DNA from: Fidelibacterota bacterium
GTDB lineage: Bacteria; Fidelibacterota; Marinisomatia; SCGC-AAA003-L08; JACNLC01
Reading direction: 5' to 3'
NCBI GenBank assembly: GCA_014381725.1
Contig: JACNLC010000050.1
Span: 10,125 to 74,124, forward strand
Length of the DNA: 64,000 bases
The notes beneath the pieces were generated by a model that ran no database searches, was not told the DNA's origin, and worked only from the letters and a program-made list of their open reading frames with translations. Positions 1-11,000 of this stretch are shown here, one piece after another (the first letter of the stretch is position 1; every line of letters starts with the position of its first letter). The position numbers and the translations under genes are program-made.

Positions 1-1521
1 GAGTAAATATTGCCCTACTCTGCATTTTTCCCCTGTAGTCATTTTCCCATCCCAACGGAGAATTCCCTCCATACTAACTCGCTCTCCCTCTTTTAGAGAA
101 ATTATTTTTCTTCCGCGGACATCATATATATCTGCTTTCATTACTGCAGTTGTAAATGGTAAATGATATGCAATAATAAGTTCATCTTCAAAACCGTCTC
201 CATCTGGAGAAAATGGGTTTGGAGACAATGTTAATGAACCGCTAACTTGAATTGTTTCTACAAATAGAGAATTTTGTTCATTCGGAGTTGAACCCTCTAT
301 CGCAACTGATGTCCCCCAGTTTTCACTATTATTAGAATCAAGAAAATGAGTGATACGCTCTAATGAAAAACCATCACCTCCACCCCAGCTTGGCTCGTAG
401 TAAATATGGTCAATCATTTTTCCTGTATGGTCAAAAAGATACACATTATCACCAGAATTGTTTAAGGTTGGAAAATCTTCTTGAAAAATTGATGACTCAA
501 AAAGTGAATCTTTAGAAATTACAATGAAATTATATGGTGAAATTTTTACAGATTCCAGTATTCCAGTTTCATAATTATCATTATCAGAAATCATCCATCC
601 GAAAAGATTGATTTCTTCATTTGATACATTAACAATTTCTACCCATTCAGAATTTCCAGATATAGGATCATACATAATTTCATTTATCAATAAATCGTGA
701 TAATTGTATTCCACTTTTATAGTATGAATTAGGGAGTTGTTGTCTGAGTTGTAATCATCTTGGGATTGAATAATAAATTGAAAGTCATGATTACCCGAAT
801 CAAACTGATTGTTTGGGATTTCAACGATGCAATTTTCTAACGAAGTCAAATTTACAGAAGACAGAAATTCTGAATTGACCGATAAATTAGTTATAACATC
901 TAGTAATCCAACATTTGTAATTGATACAAAAACGGTTACAGCTTCGTTTGGAGATGGAAAATGTGGATCGTTCCAAACAGAATCAATTCCAACATCAGTT
1001 GCAAAACCAGCAATGCTATTAGAAAATCCAGGTGTTCCAAGCGAATCAATGCTTGTTTGCCAATTTATCTCAATGTTGGGGAAATCCAACACAATCTTCT
1101 CTAGTGAAAATCCGTCGGGATTTCCTGAATTCCATCCCATATACGAAATAGTATCTCCTAAATTTGAAATTAGGAACAAAGAATCTGCAGAATTATTGAG
1201 ATTGTTTCCAATTGTTAATCCATCTACATACAGAATGTAAGCTTCTTCGGGGATAATGTCTTGATATAGTACTCCGTCATAATCTCCTTCAAAAATCACT
1301 GCGTAACAATTTGGCGGAATCTGTAAATCATCGCCAACAATATTATCCTCTGACATTAAATCGGCAATTTTCCATCCAGAAATATCAATTGTGGAGTCAG
1401 AGAAATTGTGTATTTCTACAAACTCGTTAGGAGAATCGGTTCCAGCTAAATCAAACATAACTTCAGAAATTGTAATTTCTAACGGATTTAGAACAAGTGA
1501 TAAGAAAGTAAGTAATAGCAT
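1..1521 (-). CDS. Lamin-tail-domain secreted protein with C-terminal gliding-motility/FlgD-like sorting domain (runs off the window edge; not in ORF track)
   Basis: Manual translation from ATG at 1521: MLLLTFLSLVLNPLEITISEVMFDLAGTDSPNEFVEIHN..IDISGWKI (LTD motif), a second LTD (LLINEIMYDP..EWVEIVN), and ..SPNPFSPDGDGFED..WDGK.. near position 1. Confidence 0.8.
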   Translation of the reverse strand, partial: MLLLTFLSLVLNPLEITISEVMFDLAGTDSPNEFVEIHNFSDSTIDISGWKIADLMSEDNIVGDDLQIPPNCYAVIFEGDYDGVLYQDIIPEEAYILYVDGLTIGNNLNNSADSLFLISNLGDTISYMGWNSGNPDGFSLEKIVLDFPNIEINWQTSIDSLGTPGFSNSIAGFATDVGIDSVWNDPHFPSPNEAVTVFVSITNVGLLDVITNLSVNSEFLSSVNLTSLENCIVEIPNNQFDSGNHDFQFIIQSQDDYNSDNNSLIHTIKVEYNYHDLLINEIMYDPISGNSEWVEIVNVSNEEINLFGWMISDNDNYETGILESVKISPYNFIVISKDSLFESSIFQEDFPTLNNSGDNVYLFDHTGKMIDHIYYEPSWGGGDGFSLERITHFLDSNNSENWGTSVAIEGSTPNEQNSLFVETIQVSGSLTLSPNPFSPDGDGFEDELIIAYHLPFTTAVMKADIYDVRGRKIISLKEGERVSMEGILRWDGKMTTGEKCRVGQYLL

Positions 1522-1641
1522 ATCAATAATGTAAAACAACTAAATTATTACAACCAAATAAATAAAAATAAAAAGTATTGACTTTAACTAGTGATTATGT
1601 AGAAATTCTTTACACACTTTTACTATAATAAGGCATAATAC

Positions 1642-4600
1642 ATGGATAACAATCAAAATCATTCAAAGGTTTTTTATCAGATTATTACATACAAGTTTTT
1701 GTTTTTTGTTCTACTATTCTCTATTGCATTTACTGGAAACACAGGTAAAATTACCGGAAAAATCCTTTCCTCCACAACAAATGAAGCACTATTTGGAGCC
1801 AATGTATTTCTCGAAGGAACATCTATTGGCTCTGCCACAGACTTAGATGGAAATTATTTTATATTGAATGTACCACCTGGAATATACACTTTGAATGTGA
1901 AAATGATAGGTTATAAAAAAGTTATTACGGAAAAGGTAAGAGTTTCAACAGACTTGACCACCACAGTAAATATCAATATGGAAACATCCGTTTTAGAAGG
2001 TGAAATGATTACTGTTACTAGCGAGAAACCAATTGTACAAATGGATATGACATCTAGCCAGCATACCGTTAGCAAAGAAGAAATGTTGATTTTACCTGTT
2101 GATGATATTGAAGGAGCAGTAGCATTATCTGCAGGTGCCGTTGAGAAAGGAGGAGTTTTACATCTTAGGGGCGGAAGGGCACAAGAAACAGTCTATTTAT
2201 TCGACGGAATTTCTCTAAATGACCCTTTAACTGGAAACGCTAATGATACGAATGTTCCAATGCTAGGAGTTGGTGAAATGAATGTAATCACAGGAGGTTT
2301 TTCAGCAGAATACGGAGACGCTCAATCGGGCGTAATCAATGTATCAGGCTCAGACGGGAAAAACATCTTTGAAACATCATTGAGATTAACTACTTCTGAT
2401 TACTTTTCTGAAATGTTAAATACGGATAATCCAGAAAAACTAAAGAAAATGGAGTTTTCAACATCTGGACCTTTGTTTGCAAAAAATAGTTACTTTTCAT
2501 TATCAGGTGAAATAAATGAGGATTATGGAAGATTTAGCAATCAGTTTACGAATCTTAAAAACTTTGCAGGGAAACTATCATATTCTCCACTCAACAATTT
2601 AAAGTTTACGGTGTCGGGGTTATTTTCTGTTTCTGATTTTCAAGATGGATATGGACATTTATGGTCAAAAACTGTTAATGAAGATGAGTTGTGGGACTAT
2701 TCGCCAGACAATCCGGCAACTGATTCAGTTTTTTACTCTTGGTTTGGTAACAATACACTTAACACAGAGGACATAAATTTTAATGGAATATTGGACGATG
2801 GAGAAGATCTTAACGGTGATGGATTACTACAATCAGAAGATATCGACAGAGATAGCTCAATAACAGTTTTCTCGCTTTTTGACCGCCAACCTTGGTGGCG
2901 CACAAATAGTTATCTCTATTCATTAAGCACAACTTATACATTTTCTTCTAGAACATATTTAACACTTAAATTTGCTTCGTACACAACAGAAGCCACTATG
3001 AATATTATCGAGCGATTAAATGAAGATGTGAATTATAATGGAGTTTTAGATGATGGAGAAGACTTAAATGGGAATGGAATATTGGATGAGTATAATCCGC
3101 AAACAGACATTTGGGGAATTAACGATTCCCAAGATATGTTTCACGACGAAAACAACAATGATTTTGTTGATGAATCTGAAAATACCCATGACAATAACGG
3201 CGATGGAGTCATAGATGAAAATGATTGGTTGTCTTGGAATGATATCCCAAGTGAAGGACAAAAAAGTGGTGATTATTATACAGTTGCCCCCGGACATCCA
3301 AATACATTTAGCAGAGATCATTGGCACTACGATTTTAAAACAACAAAAACACTAAAATTAGATTTTGTTTCACAGGTTGATATACACAATAAAATCAAAA
3401 CCGGCTTGGAAATTAAATTTTACGACCTTAGCAATCACGATGCACCCGACCGCTACGGCTATGCTGAAAATTATACTGTTTATCCAATAGATTGTGGTTT
3501 GTTCTTTTCTGACAAAATGGAATACAAGGGCATTATAGTTAATGCGGGATTAAGAGCAGAATATTTCGATGCAACGGAACAAAAGCCAACTGATGAGACT
3601 GACCCTGTTTGGGATAGTGGGGATTTTGAGGACTGGGATGGCGATGGAATTAACGAGTATTACTATGAAGAAAAAGACTTGGCAGGTGACTATGTTCATT
3701 CTATAGGTGATATAAAAAATCCTATTTCGACAAATTCAAAAATTGTATTTTCTCCTCGCCTTGGGGTATCACACCCAATCACTGATAAATCAATGCTCTA
3801 TTTCAATTATGGGCGGTATTATCAAAGACCTCGATTAGACTTTCTGTTTAGAAATATTAACTATAATCTTGGAGGTGGATTTCCTATAATCGGAAACCCT
3901 GATTTGAATCCAGAGTTAACGGTATCTTACGAAATAGGTCTTAGAAATGAGATTTCCAGAAATGTTTTATTAGAGTTGAAAGGATTTTACAAAGATATTT
4001 TTGGGCTAACAGATACTCGTCCTGTTTATTGGACAATATCAGACTGGTACACAACATACGAAAACAGGGATTATGGGAATATTCGTGGTACTGAATTTAT
4101 TTTAGCTTTGCGACCTCCTGCATTATTCTTTGGACAAATTAATTATACTTATTCTATTGCTAAAGGTAAAAGCTCATCATTCAGGCAGGGCTACGAAACA
4201 AATTGGGCTGGTGGCATTGTCCCAACATTTGAGTCCTATTTGGATTGGGATCAAACACATACGATTAATCTTGAGCTTAATTGTGCTTACAAAAATTTCT
4301 TAACGACGATGATTATTAATTACGGCAGTGGAACAAGATATACAAAACCCGGTCAGGGAAATTTAATTATTGAAAATACTGAACGAATGCCGTGGACATT
4401 AACTTCTTCGATGAAAATAAATTACAGATTTCGGTTTGGTAGTGTAAAAGGATCTATTTTTGCAACCGTAAACAATGTATTTAACAAAAAAAATATTTGG
4501 TATCTTGATGATGTGGAATGGTATCATACCTATAAGAGCATTAATGATGCATACGAAAATGGAACAATGAGCGAAGAAGATTACATCAGTCAAACCGACA

Positions 4601-4719
4601 ATGATAATGATGGTGTTATTGATGAAAACAAAAAATATCCGGAAATGGGTCCAAACCTAAATCCGGCAGTTTACAGCGATAACCGAAGATTCAGAATAGG
4701 AGTTACATTTGAATTTTAG
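1642..4719 (+). CDS. TonB-dependent receptor with N-terminal carboxypeptidase-regulatory-like domain and acidic Dx[DN]xDG loop insertions
   Basis: GKITGKI..GANVFLEGT..TDLDGNYFI, plug motif LHLRGGR..YLFDG..GGFSAEYG, GNPDLNPE, C-terminal RFRIGVTFEF. Confidence 0.9.
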   Translation: MDNNQNHSKVFYQIITYKFLFFVLLFSIAFTGNTGKITGKILSSTTNEALFGANVFLEGTSIGSATDLDGNYFILNVPPGIYTLNVKMIGYKKVITEKVRVSTDLTTTVNINMETSVLEGEMITVTSEKPIVQMDMTSSQHTVSKEEMLILPVDDIEGAVALSAGAVEKGGVLHLRGGRAQETVYLFDGISLNDPLTGNANDTNVPMLGVGEMNVITGGFSAEYGDAQSGVINVSGSDGKNIFETSLRLTTSDYFSEMLNTDNPEKLKKMEFSTSGPLFAKNSYFSLSGEINEDYGRFSNQFTNLKNFAGKLSYSPLNNLKFTVSGLFSVSDFQDGYGHLWSKTVNEDELWDYSPDNPATDSVFYSWFGNNTLNTEDINFNGILDDGEDLNGDGLLQSEDIDRDSSITVFSLFDRQPWWRTNSYLYSLSTTYTFSSRTYLTLKFASYTTEATMNIIERLNEDVNYNGVLDDGEDLNGNGILDEYNPQTDIWGINDSQDMFHDENNNDFVDESENTHDNNGDGVIDENDWLSWNDIPSEGQKSGDYYTVAPGHPNTFSRDHWHYDFKTTKTLKLDFVSQVDIHNKIKTGLEIKFYDLSNHDAPDRYGYAENYTVYPIDCGLFFSDKMEYKGIIVNAGLRAEYFDATEQKPTDETDPVWDSGDFEDWDGDGINEYYYEEKDLAGDYVHSIGDIKNPISTNSKIVFSPRLGVSHPITDKSMLYFNYGRYYQRPRLDFLFRNINYNLGGGFPIIGNPDLNPELTVSYEIGLRNEISRNVLLELKGFYKDIFGLTDTRPVYWTISDWYTTYENRDYGNIRGTEFILALRPPALFFGQINYTYSIAKGKSSSFRQGYETNWAGGIVPTFESYLDWDQTHTINLELNCAYKNFLTTMIINYGSGTRYTKPGQGNLIIENTERMPWTLTSSMKINYRFRFGSVKGSIFATVNNVFNKKNIWYLDDVEWYHTYKSINDAYENGTMSEEDYISQTDNDNDGVIDENKKYPEMGPNLNPAVYSDNRRFRIGVTFEF

Positions 4720-7030
4720 AATAATTATAATCACAGCTGGCATTTGTTTTATGACAATGATGTTTGGAAGAGAATATTTTCCTGAACAGATGCAAAATGA
4801 GAAATCAGGATTAAATAGAAGTTCGAGGCCGGAAAAGGCATTTTACAATCATTTATCAAATAATATGTGGTCATCCATTACCAACTACGGAAGCGTTGGG
4901 GATCCTAATTCTTCAACATCTGGCAGACCATCTGCCCAATGGCCGTCTGGTTCAGGAAACAATTATTTGTATGATGCTGGTTTGTGGATAGGAACAATGC
5001 TAGGGAGCGAACCTGCAGTTACGACATATTTCTATAATCCACACCAAGAATATATGCCTTCTCCTGGAAATCCTGGAGAAGTTGGGAATACGGTGAATGG
5101 AGAAAAATCAAAATCTCTTGAAGACAGCTATATTGTTTACGACGACAATGATAGCCATCCAGACAGCGAACATCTACCAATAGGTGTTAAAGTAATTCAA
5201 AGAGGGTTAACTTGGAGTTTACCAGATTTCGATGATTTTATCGCGTTCGAGTATTCTATCATTAACACTGGCCTAAATGCTGATTTAGAAGATGTGTATA
5301 TTTCGTTTTGGTATGATATTGATGTTTCTTCGTCAGATACTGATTCTCCACACATTGATGATTTAGTGGATTATGACGGATGGGATGATCAGGATTCTGA
5401 TACAGATATTTCTGATTTTGTTGATCCTTACGATTTAGATGAAGATGGTTTAAAAGGCTATGATGAATGGGGAATTCCATATGGTAAAGATGCTCCTCAA
5501 AATCCAAATTATGATGAATCCAAAATAGAACCTGATGGGTTTTATGATGAATGGTCTTTAATTTTGGATTCTGATGGTCCATTAATTAATTGGCAAACAG
5601 ATCTCAATGGCGGTGTCCCGGGAGAACCTGCAATCATTGATGGAGATACACTAAAAGGATATTTATTCCCTCGGAGTTTATCTTATATTTATGATGGGGA
5701 CAACTCTACTTCTTCTGCCAACGATTATGGCGAAAGGGAAAACCAAACTGCAAATGATGGTTTTTTAGGTGGGGGAATTATTTTCAGCGATGCTGAACCA
5801 TTCACTGCCGAAGATGGAAATTCATACTATGGAGCATATTCCCATCAGTGGTGGAATTGGGAAAGTGATCCGCTTGATTCTGATCAAGAGAAAATGGATT
5901 ATATGAAAGGTCAGCATGCCGCTAGTTTAGGGAAACGGTATCTAAATAATCCGCTGGAGCTTGGTTTCTCTGTTTTTGATTATCGCTTTCTGCTTACTAC
6001 CGGACCAATAGATTTGCCGGAAGGTGATACAACGGATGTTGTGTTTATTTTGGCTTGCGGACAGGGACTTGAAGGATTAAGGCAAAATATTGATAATGCA
6101 TATATAGCTTATTATTCTGGTAGTAAACATAGTGGTCCGCTAAATCCATCATCCTTTGATGAAGATGTACACTGGAACTTGCCTATACCACCGCTTACAC
6201 CTGAATTATCATATAGCCCTCTCAATAATGGTATGCGCTTGGCTTGGGATACAGGTTCTGAATCTTCATGGGATGTAAATCTTGGCCGAATAGACTTTGA
6301 AGGATACCAAATCTATCGTGCTGTTTATGATCCACAAGATTGGGTGATGATAAGAGCATTTGATAATCTTACTGACAGTCCAGTTCATATCGTGAATATT
6401 TACGGAGATACGCTAAATCAGAAGGATAATAACAATACTTGGATACTTCTTGATCTTCCGGACATACAAAATTCAATTGATGACAGCACTCCTTTTACTA
6501 CTGATTGGGGAACTGAGCTTGACAATCCGCTCAATGGACTTCCTTACTATTATGCAATATCAGCTTATGATGGATATAAGTCGGAAGAAGAAGCTGGTCA
6601 AGAACTGCTACCGGCTTATTCCCCACTAACAAATTACAAAAAATCGGTTGATGGCGCACCACTTCCGGTATTCCCGACAGAGTTGTACGAAACAGGTGAT
6701 GCAATTCCCGATTTAGAAAATGTGAAAGTAGTGCCAAATCCATACAGAGGAACAGCTATTTGGGAAGAGGAATATCAGGACAAAATCAAGTTTATTAATT
6801 TACCATCTGTCTGTAAAATCTCTATTTTTTCTCTTGCAGGAGATTTGATTCAAGAAATATCCCACACAGATGGTAGCGATAACGAATATTGGGACCTTGT
6901 CTCTCGGAACAATCAATCTATTGTGAGTGGAGTTTATGTTTTCGTAATTGAAGCCCCTGACATACAATATGTTGGAGAAACATCAACTGATCTTAATAAA
7001 ATCATTGGAAAGTTTGTGGTATTTAGATGA
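4709..7030 (+). CDS. Secreted acidic protein with C-terminal sorting domain (VVPNPY..IKFINLP..WDL..SGVY)
   Basis: Signal peptide, WPSGSGNNYL motif, FEGYQIYR Fn3-like segment, CTD typical of proteins encoded next to PorV-family genes. Confidence 0.7.
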   Translation: MNFRIIIITAGICFMTMMFGREYFPEQMQNEKSGLNRSSRPEKAFYNHLSNNMWSSITNYGSVGDPNSSTSGRPSAQWPSGSGNNYLYDAGLWIGTMLGSEPAVTTYFYNPHQEYMPSPGNPGEVGNTVNGEKSKSLEDSYIVYDDNDSHPDSEHLPIGVKVIQRGLTWSLPDFDDFIAFEYSIINTGLNADLEDVYISFWYDIDVSSSDTDSPHIDDLVDYDGWDDQDSDTDISDFVDPYDLDEDGLKGYDEWGIPYGKDAPQNPNYDESKIEPDGFYDEWSLILDSDGPLINWQTDLNGGVPGEPAIIDGDTLKGYLFPRSLSYIYDGDNSTSSANDYGERENQTANDGFLGGGIIFSDAEPFTAEDGNSYYGAYSHQWWNWESDPLDSDQEKMDYMKGQHAASLGKRYLNNPLELGFSVFDYRFLLTTGPIDLPEGDTTDVVFILACGQGLEGLRQNIDNAYIAYYSGSKHSGPLNPSSFDEDVHWNLPIPPLTPELSYSPLNNGMRLAWDTGSESSWDVNLGRIDFEGYQIYRAVYDPQDWVMIRAFDNLTDSPVHIVNIYGDTLNQKDNNNTWILLDLPDIQNSIDDSTPFTTDWGTELDNPLNGLPYYYAISAYDGYKSEEEAGQELLPAYSPLTNYKKSVDGAPLPVFPTELYETGDAIPDLENVKVVPNPYRGTAIWEEEYQDKIKFINLPSVCKISIFSLAGDLIQEISHTDGSDNEYWDLVSRNNQSIVSGVYVFVIEAPDIQYVGETSTDLNKIIGKFVVFR

Positions 7031-8025
7031 GAAAAAAATTAAATAAATTAATAGTATTGTTAGGCTTAATCTCATTGTCGTTTGGAGGGGTAGATTTTTC
7101 CAGTACAGAAATTGTACCCAAAACTGGTACTTCAGGGGGACATTTTTTATCCGTTAGTCCAGATGCTAAATTTGCAGGTATGGGCAATGCATTTTCAGGA
7201 TATGAAAATAATAGTGCTTCTTCTGTATTCTATAATGCTGCGACCCTTGTTTATGTGGATGCTTTAGATGTTTTTGCGAGCAGTGTGCAATGGATTGCAG
7301 ACATTCAATACACTGCAGGTGCAATAGCTTACCAAAGAGGAAGTCAATCGTTTGCCGCACACTATAGACTTCTAAATACCGGAAATATCGAGGAAACAAC
7401 TGTACATTATCCAAATGGCACAGGGTATGATTTTGCTTGGAAGAGTATGGCTGTAGGTGTGTCTTACGCAAAGCTACTCACAAACAGATTCTCATTTGGG
7501 ATGAATATTTTTTATGTTTCGGAGGGTGTCGCAAAGTATGATTTGAATGCTAATGCTGTAGGAGTGGATGTTAGCACTTTTTATGTAACTGGTTTTAATA
7601 GCTTGAAAATGGGAATGAATATCCGAAACTTTGGTCCCGAGCTGGATTTCAACGAATCTTTTGTTGATTATGCAGATGGAAACTCTGTATCTATAGAACC
7701 TTATCGACCATACCATATGCCATTAACTTTTCAGGTTGGTTTAAGTTATGATTTCTTTGAAAAACGCAAAAATGAATCTTTAATTGTCTGTTTGGATGGA
7801 GTTCATCCAAATGATTCTGTTGAAAGGCTCAATATTGGAGTAGAATATACTTACTTAAAGCTACTGTCTGTGAGGGGTGGATTATATACAAATCACGATT
7901 CAGCATCTATGATGGCTGGTATTGGAATTAATACAACAGGACGGAGTATTAGTTTAGATTACTCAATCTCAAATTATAATTTGTTGGGATTGATTCATCA
8001 ATTTAGCATAGGATTGGCACTATAA
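7027..8025 (+). CDS. PorV/PorQ-family outer-membrane beta-barrel protein
   Basis: GTSGGHFLSV..AKFAGMGNAF..VFYNAA..GMNIRNFG..HQFSIG; overlaps both neighbours. Confidence 0.8.
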   Translation: MRKKLNKLIVLLGLISLSFGGVDFSSTEIVPKTGTSGGHFLSVSPDAKFAGMGNAFSGYENNSASSVFYNAATLVYVDALDVFASSVQWIADIQYTAGAIAYQRGSQSFAAHYRLLNTGNIEETTVHYPNGTGYDFAWKSMAVGVSYAKLLTNRFSFGMNIFYVSEGVAKYDLNANAVGVDVSTFYVTGFNSLKMGMNIRNFGPELDFNESFVDYADGNSVSIEPYRPYHMPLTFQVGLSYDFFEKRKNESLIVCLDGVHPNDSVERLNIGVEYTYLKLLSVRGGLYTNHDSASMMAGIGINTTGRSISLDYSISNYNLLGLIHQFSIGLAL

Positions 8026-11000
8026 TGAAAAAGATGTATTTTATAACTCTTATATTGATTTCTTTTTGTTTTACGATTGAAATGGAAGATTGTGCTTATG
8101 ATTTAAATTCTAATACGATTTCGATTACTTTCGATAATCTTATCAATACTCAGGATGTTCTTTTAGGATTAATGGCATTTTCCGATGGCACAATCGAGTT
8201 GCCTCTTACAGGAGGAGAAATTGTTACTGAAGATGAATTTTCCCAATCAGTTGAAATATCCTTAATTTATGGGGAGATAATTGATTCTCGTGGTGATTAC
8301 AATTATTGGGGTAACACTGGCGATTTAGCTGAGTCGGTAGAGAATATGGACTTGGAGAATCTAATTCTAATAGTTCAACCACCAGCATTTGTCTCATCTG
8401 ACAATCAAATTATTGGATATCAAGAAATAAGTGTAGAGACTATTTATTCCGAAGACATTTATCCTGTTATGGAATCGGTTTATTATGATTGCAATATTAA
8501 CATGTTAACTGTAGAATTTGATAGAATAGTTCAATTTGATCAACTTGCTGAGGACAGGGCATCTGAGGACGATGGTCCAGGGAATCAACAGATGGATGGA
8601 AATCCGACAGAAGATGAAAATGATAATGGCGTTTTAGATATGGAGCAGAATATTGATGTGTTCAAAATTGGATTTTCTAATGATTACGGTGTAATGAATC
8701 TTGAAGGTTTTGATAATATATTACAAGTGGAAGACGATACTCTTATCAGTATTTATCTAACTAATCTTGACGCAAAAAAACTAGAGTCTTCATTGCTTAT
8801 TAATGATACTAGCACTAATGCAAATGTCTCAGCAGGTGCATTTCGAGATACCAATTATAATTCCAATATCATGTCCTCTGTTGCAGTAACAACAATTCCT
8901 GATTCTATTCTATTCGTTGCCAACAGTAGCTCTTACAATTTATCTGATAATGAGATGCAGATATTTTTTACAGATTGTAGGGATGTAACATATACCGACC
9001 CTACTCCAATATGGTCTAAATTCAGTTTTTCTGATGGAGAAAATTCAATTTCGCTATCAGGGATTGAATCAGTTAGTACTTCTGGTTCTACATTAAAACT
9101 TAGAGAATTATTATTTTCAGATCAGGCGGCAATCGAAAATATGATATCCTCCAACTATGAACAAGGTGAAAGTAGTTTTTATCTGAGCATTGAAGAATAT
9201 TCTGTTTATGATGTTAACGGGAATGGAAATGTTGAAGTTGTAAATATACCAATAGAAATTATTGAGGATTTTGAATCACCGGTTTTGGATGAAATTTTCT
9301 ATGATGCTCTTGAAAATCAAATAACACTAAACTGGTCTCCTGATAAAATTAATTATTATAAATCGAACAAATTATCAACAACACCTGAATTGTATGATGT
9401 TTCTGGTATTCGAGTTTATAGCGGAACCGAATACGCCGATACTTTAGAAATCACAACAGCACACATTAGTCGAAATAGCACCAAAAAAGAAACTTATCTT
9501 GATTTAACATTGGAAGAAGCAGGTTGGATTGAATTTCATTCGTCAGATTCTCTGATAATGGAAATAGATGCATACACTTTGTACTCATCCGGAGCAGGGA
9601 ATAATAGTGGGAATTTTACCATTAATTTAGGAATTAGCTATAATCCGGATGTAGTAGCACCAAGTGTAGAGAGTGCAATACTCAACGAAGAATCTGATAC
9701 TCTCCATCTAATTTTTGATAAGAATATAAGTTTAAATACCATAAATCTTGAAACTTTGAATGTTATTATAAATTCTGAAACCATTACCTTAACCACATCT
9801 GTTGAGAATATGCTTTCGGAGTTCTCTGATGAGCTCTATTTATCTATTAATGAAACTCAAATGCAATCGGTAGCCGAAGCCATCCCAAATAATAATATTA
9901 TTGAAATGGATTTGGTTATTCCGGATTCTACTATAAAAAGTTTAGACGGTGTATGGAAACAAGAACAGACCATAGATCTGTCGTTTGGCAAGAATTTCTG
10001 GAACAAGAGTTTTAGGGCATTTGCTGAAACTCCTGAAGAGATCTTTTGTTCTTTCAAGTATTTAAGTGATAATTTGATGATTTTCGTAGAGGATTCTTTA
10101 TGGAATATTGATTTTGATTCATCTGATATTGATAGCATTGTATCATTTTTTAGTGAAACAAAGGAAACTCTTGAATCTTATCATGGATCATTTAATGATA
10201 TTGACGAAAATGGTGTTTTGATTTTTGTCCTTTACGATATATCTGATGAATATGGCAAAGGTAAAAATGACACCAATGCCAGTTTATTCACGCATGGTTA
10301 TTTCTCGCTCAATGCGGAGGAATCTGATGAAGATTATGCAAATGGTGGAGATATTATATATTTGGATATCAATCCACAAATCGTTTGGGACGGCGAAGAT
10401 GAGAAAGACTTTAATGAAACAATGTTTAATGCAATTTCTCACGAATACACAAAATTGTTAATAACTCAAAATGAAAATATAGAGGAAGAATGGCTCATTG
10501 AAGGTTTGGCATATTTAGAACAGTTGCGCACATCCGGCGATGTTAAGTTTTTCGGAAATAACACAAATCCATCTGCAGTTGCTGGTAATCAATTGACCTA
10601 CCTCAGCAATTCTCTTAAAACCAGATATGATCAGTGGAATATCTATCTATTCTTGAATTATCTTTTTGAAAAATACACCAATACAGATGGTTGGGATATC
10701 ATCAATAATATTTCATTAAATGATACAATTCAGGGGTTGGGTTCTATAGATACAGCGTTGGTAGAGCTTGGTTTTGAAAAGGATGTAAAAGATATATTTT
10801 TAGATTATGCCATAGCAAGTTTCCTTGACATGGAACATCAGGAACATTATTACGATGCGGCTTACGCGATGGATGCTGTTGATTTGTATGGCGCTCCCGA
10901 CGGCAAAAATGCAGGAGTGATGAAATTCAACGATATAAGTCCACCACCATATTCTTTTTCAGGGCTAAATCCTTGGTCTTACAGTTTTTATCTCATTCAG

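Noticed and set aside
809-1240. 143-aa plus-strand ORF
   Set aside because: Antisense shadow of the lamin-tail gene on the minus strand
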